Assembly (NCBI RefSeq): GCF_006345805.1
Contig: NC_043009.1
Span: 10,354,001 to 10,418,000, forward strand
DNA: 64,000 nt
Source: Octopus sinensis
Taxonomy: Eukaryota
Direction of reading: 5' to 3'
Part shown: positions 63,676-64,000 of the stretch, in pieces
Numbering within the stretch: position 1 is the first letter of the stretch
How the letters are laid out: every line of letters begins with the position of its first letter
Translations under genes and position numbers: made by a program
Notes under the pieces: model-generated
What the model was told of the DNA's origin: nothing
What the model saw: only the letters and a program-made list of their open reading frames with translations
Database searches by the model: none

Positions 63676-64000
63676 AGTTACCCCCTTTTCTCTGTATATA
63701 TACCACACATAGATGTAGACCCTCCACCTACACTCACACACATTTGATGAAGAGACCACTGCAGTGAAGTGAAGCTGCGAAACAGTCTAAGGCCTTTATC
63801 TCCTATCTGTTGTAGTTGTATCACAATCCATTCGTTTGTCAATGTGCTTGCAACAGCTGCGCAGTATCATATATTGTGCATCGATTTATTTACTGCCGAT
63901 TAATGTAAATTCTCTAATAAAAGTAAAGAAATGAAATGTCAACTTTGTTGGAAGATACTTTAATTTAGCATAAATGCACGCTGCAATTCGTTAAATCCCG

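Noticed and set aside
63743-63790. UUGAUGA..GCAG/CUGC-GAAACAGUC hammerhead-like motif
   Set aside because: C3 is missing, there is a 10-nt bulge before stem II, and there is no stem I.

Overview
AT-rich, non-coding-dominated eukaryotic DNA. From the repeat families I infer a coleoid cephalopod, most likely Octopus; this is recognition, not a database result. I recognise no intact host gene, and nearly all ORF-track entries are translated microsatellites. The window holds dozens of tRNA-headed SINEs from at least four families, several with TSDs. DNA transposons include a near-complete Tc1-type fossil with DD36E spacing, two internally deleted mariners, and hAT- and piggyBac-type MITEs. LINE remnants include an RTE-type RT, an RTE-type zinc-finger 3' end and an RLE-type C-terminus. 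The most unusual signals are: (1) minimal hammerhead-ribozyme motifs, one with a fully canonical core, in fold-back structures typical of Penelope-like element ends; (2) an X-Y-X-Y-X tandem element of ~830-bp period inserted in a SINE; (3) a 26-copy minisatellite built from a SINE Pol III A-box head; (4) one SINE head carrying four different tails; and (5) a ~480-bp near-perfect palindrome.
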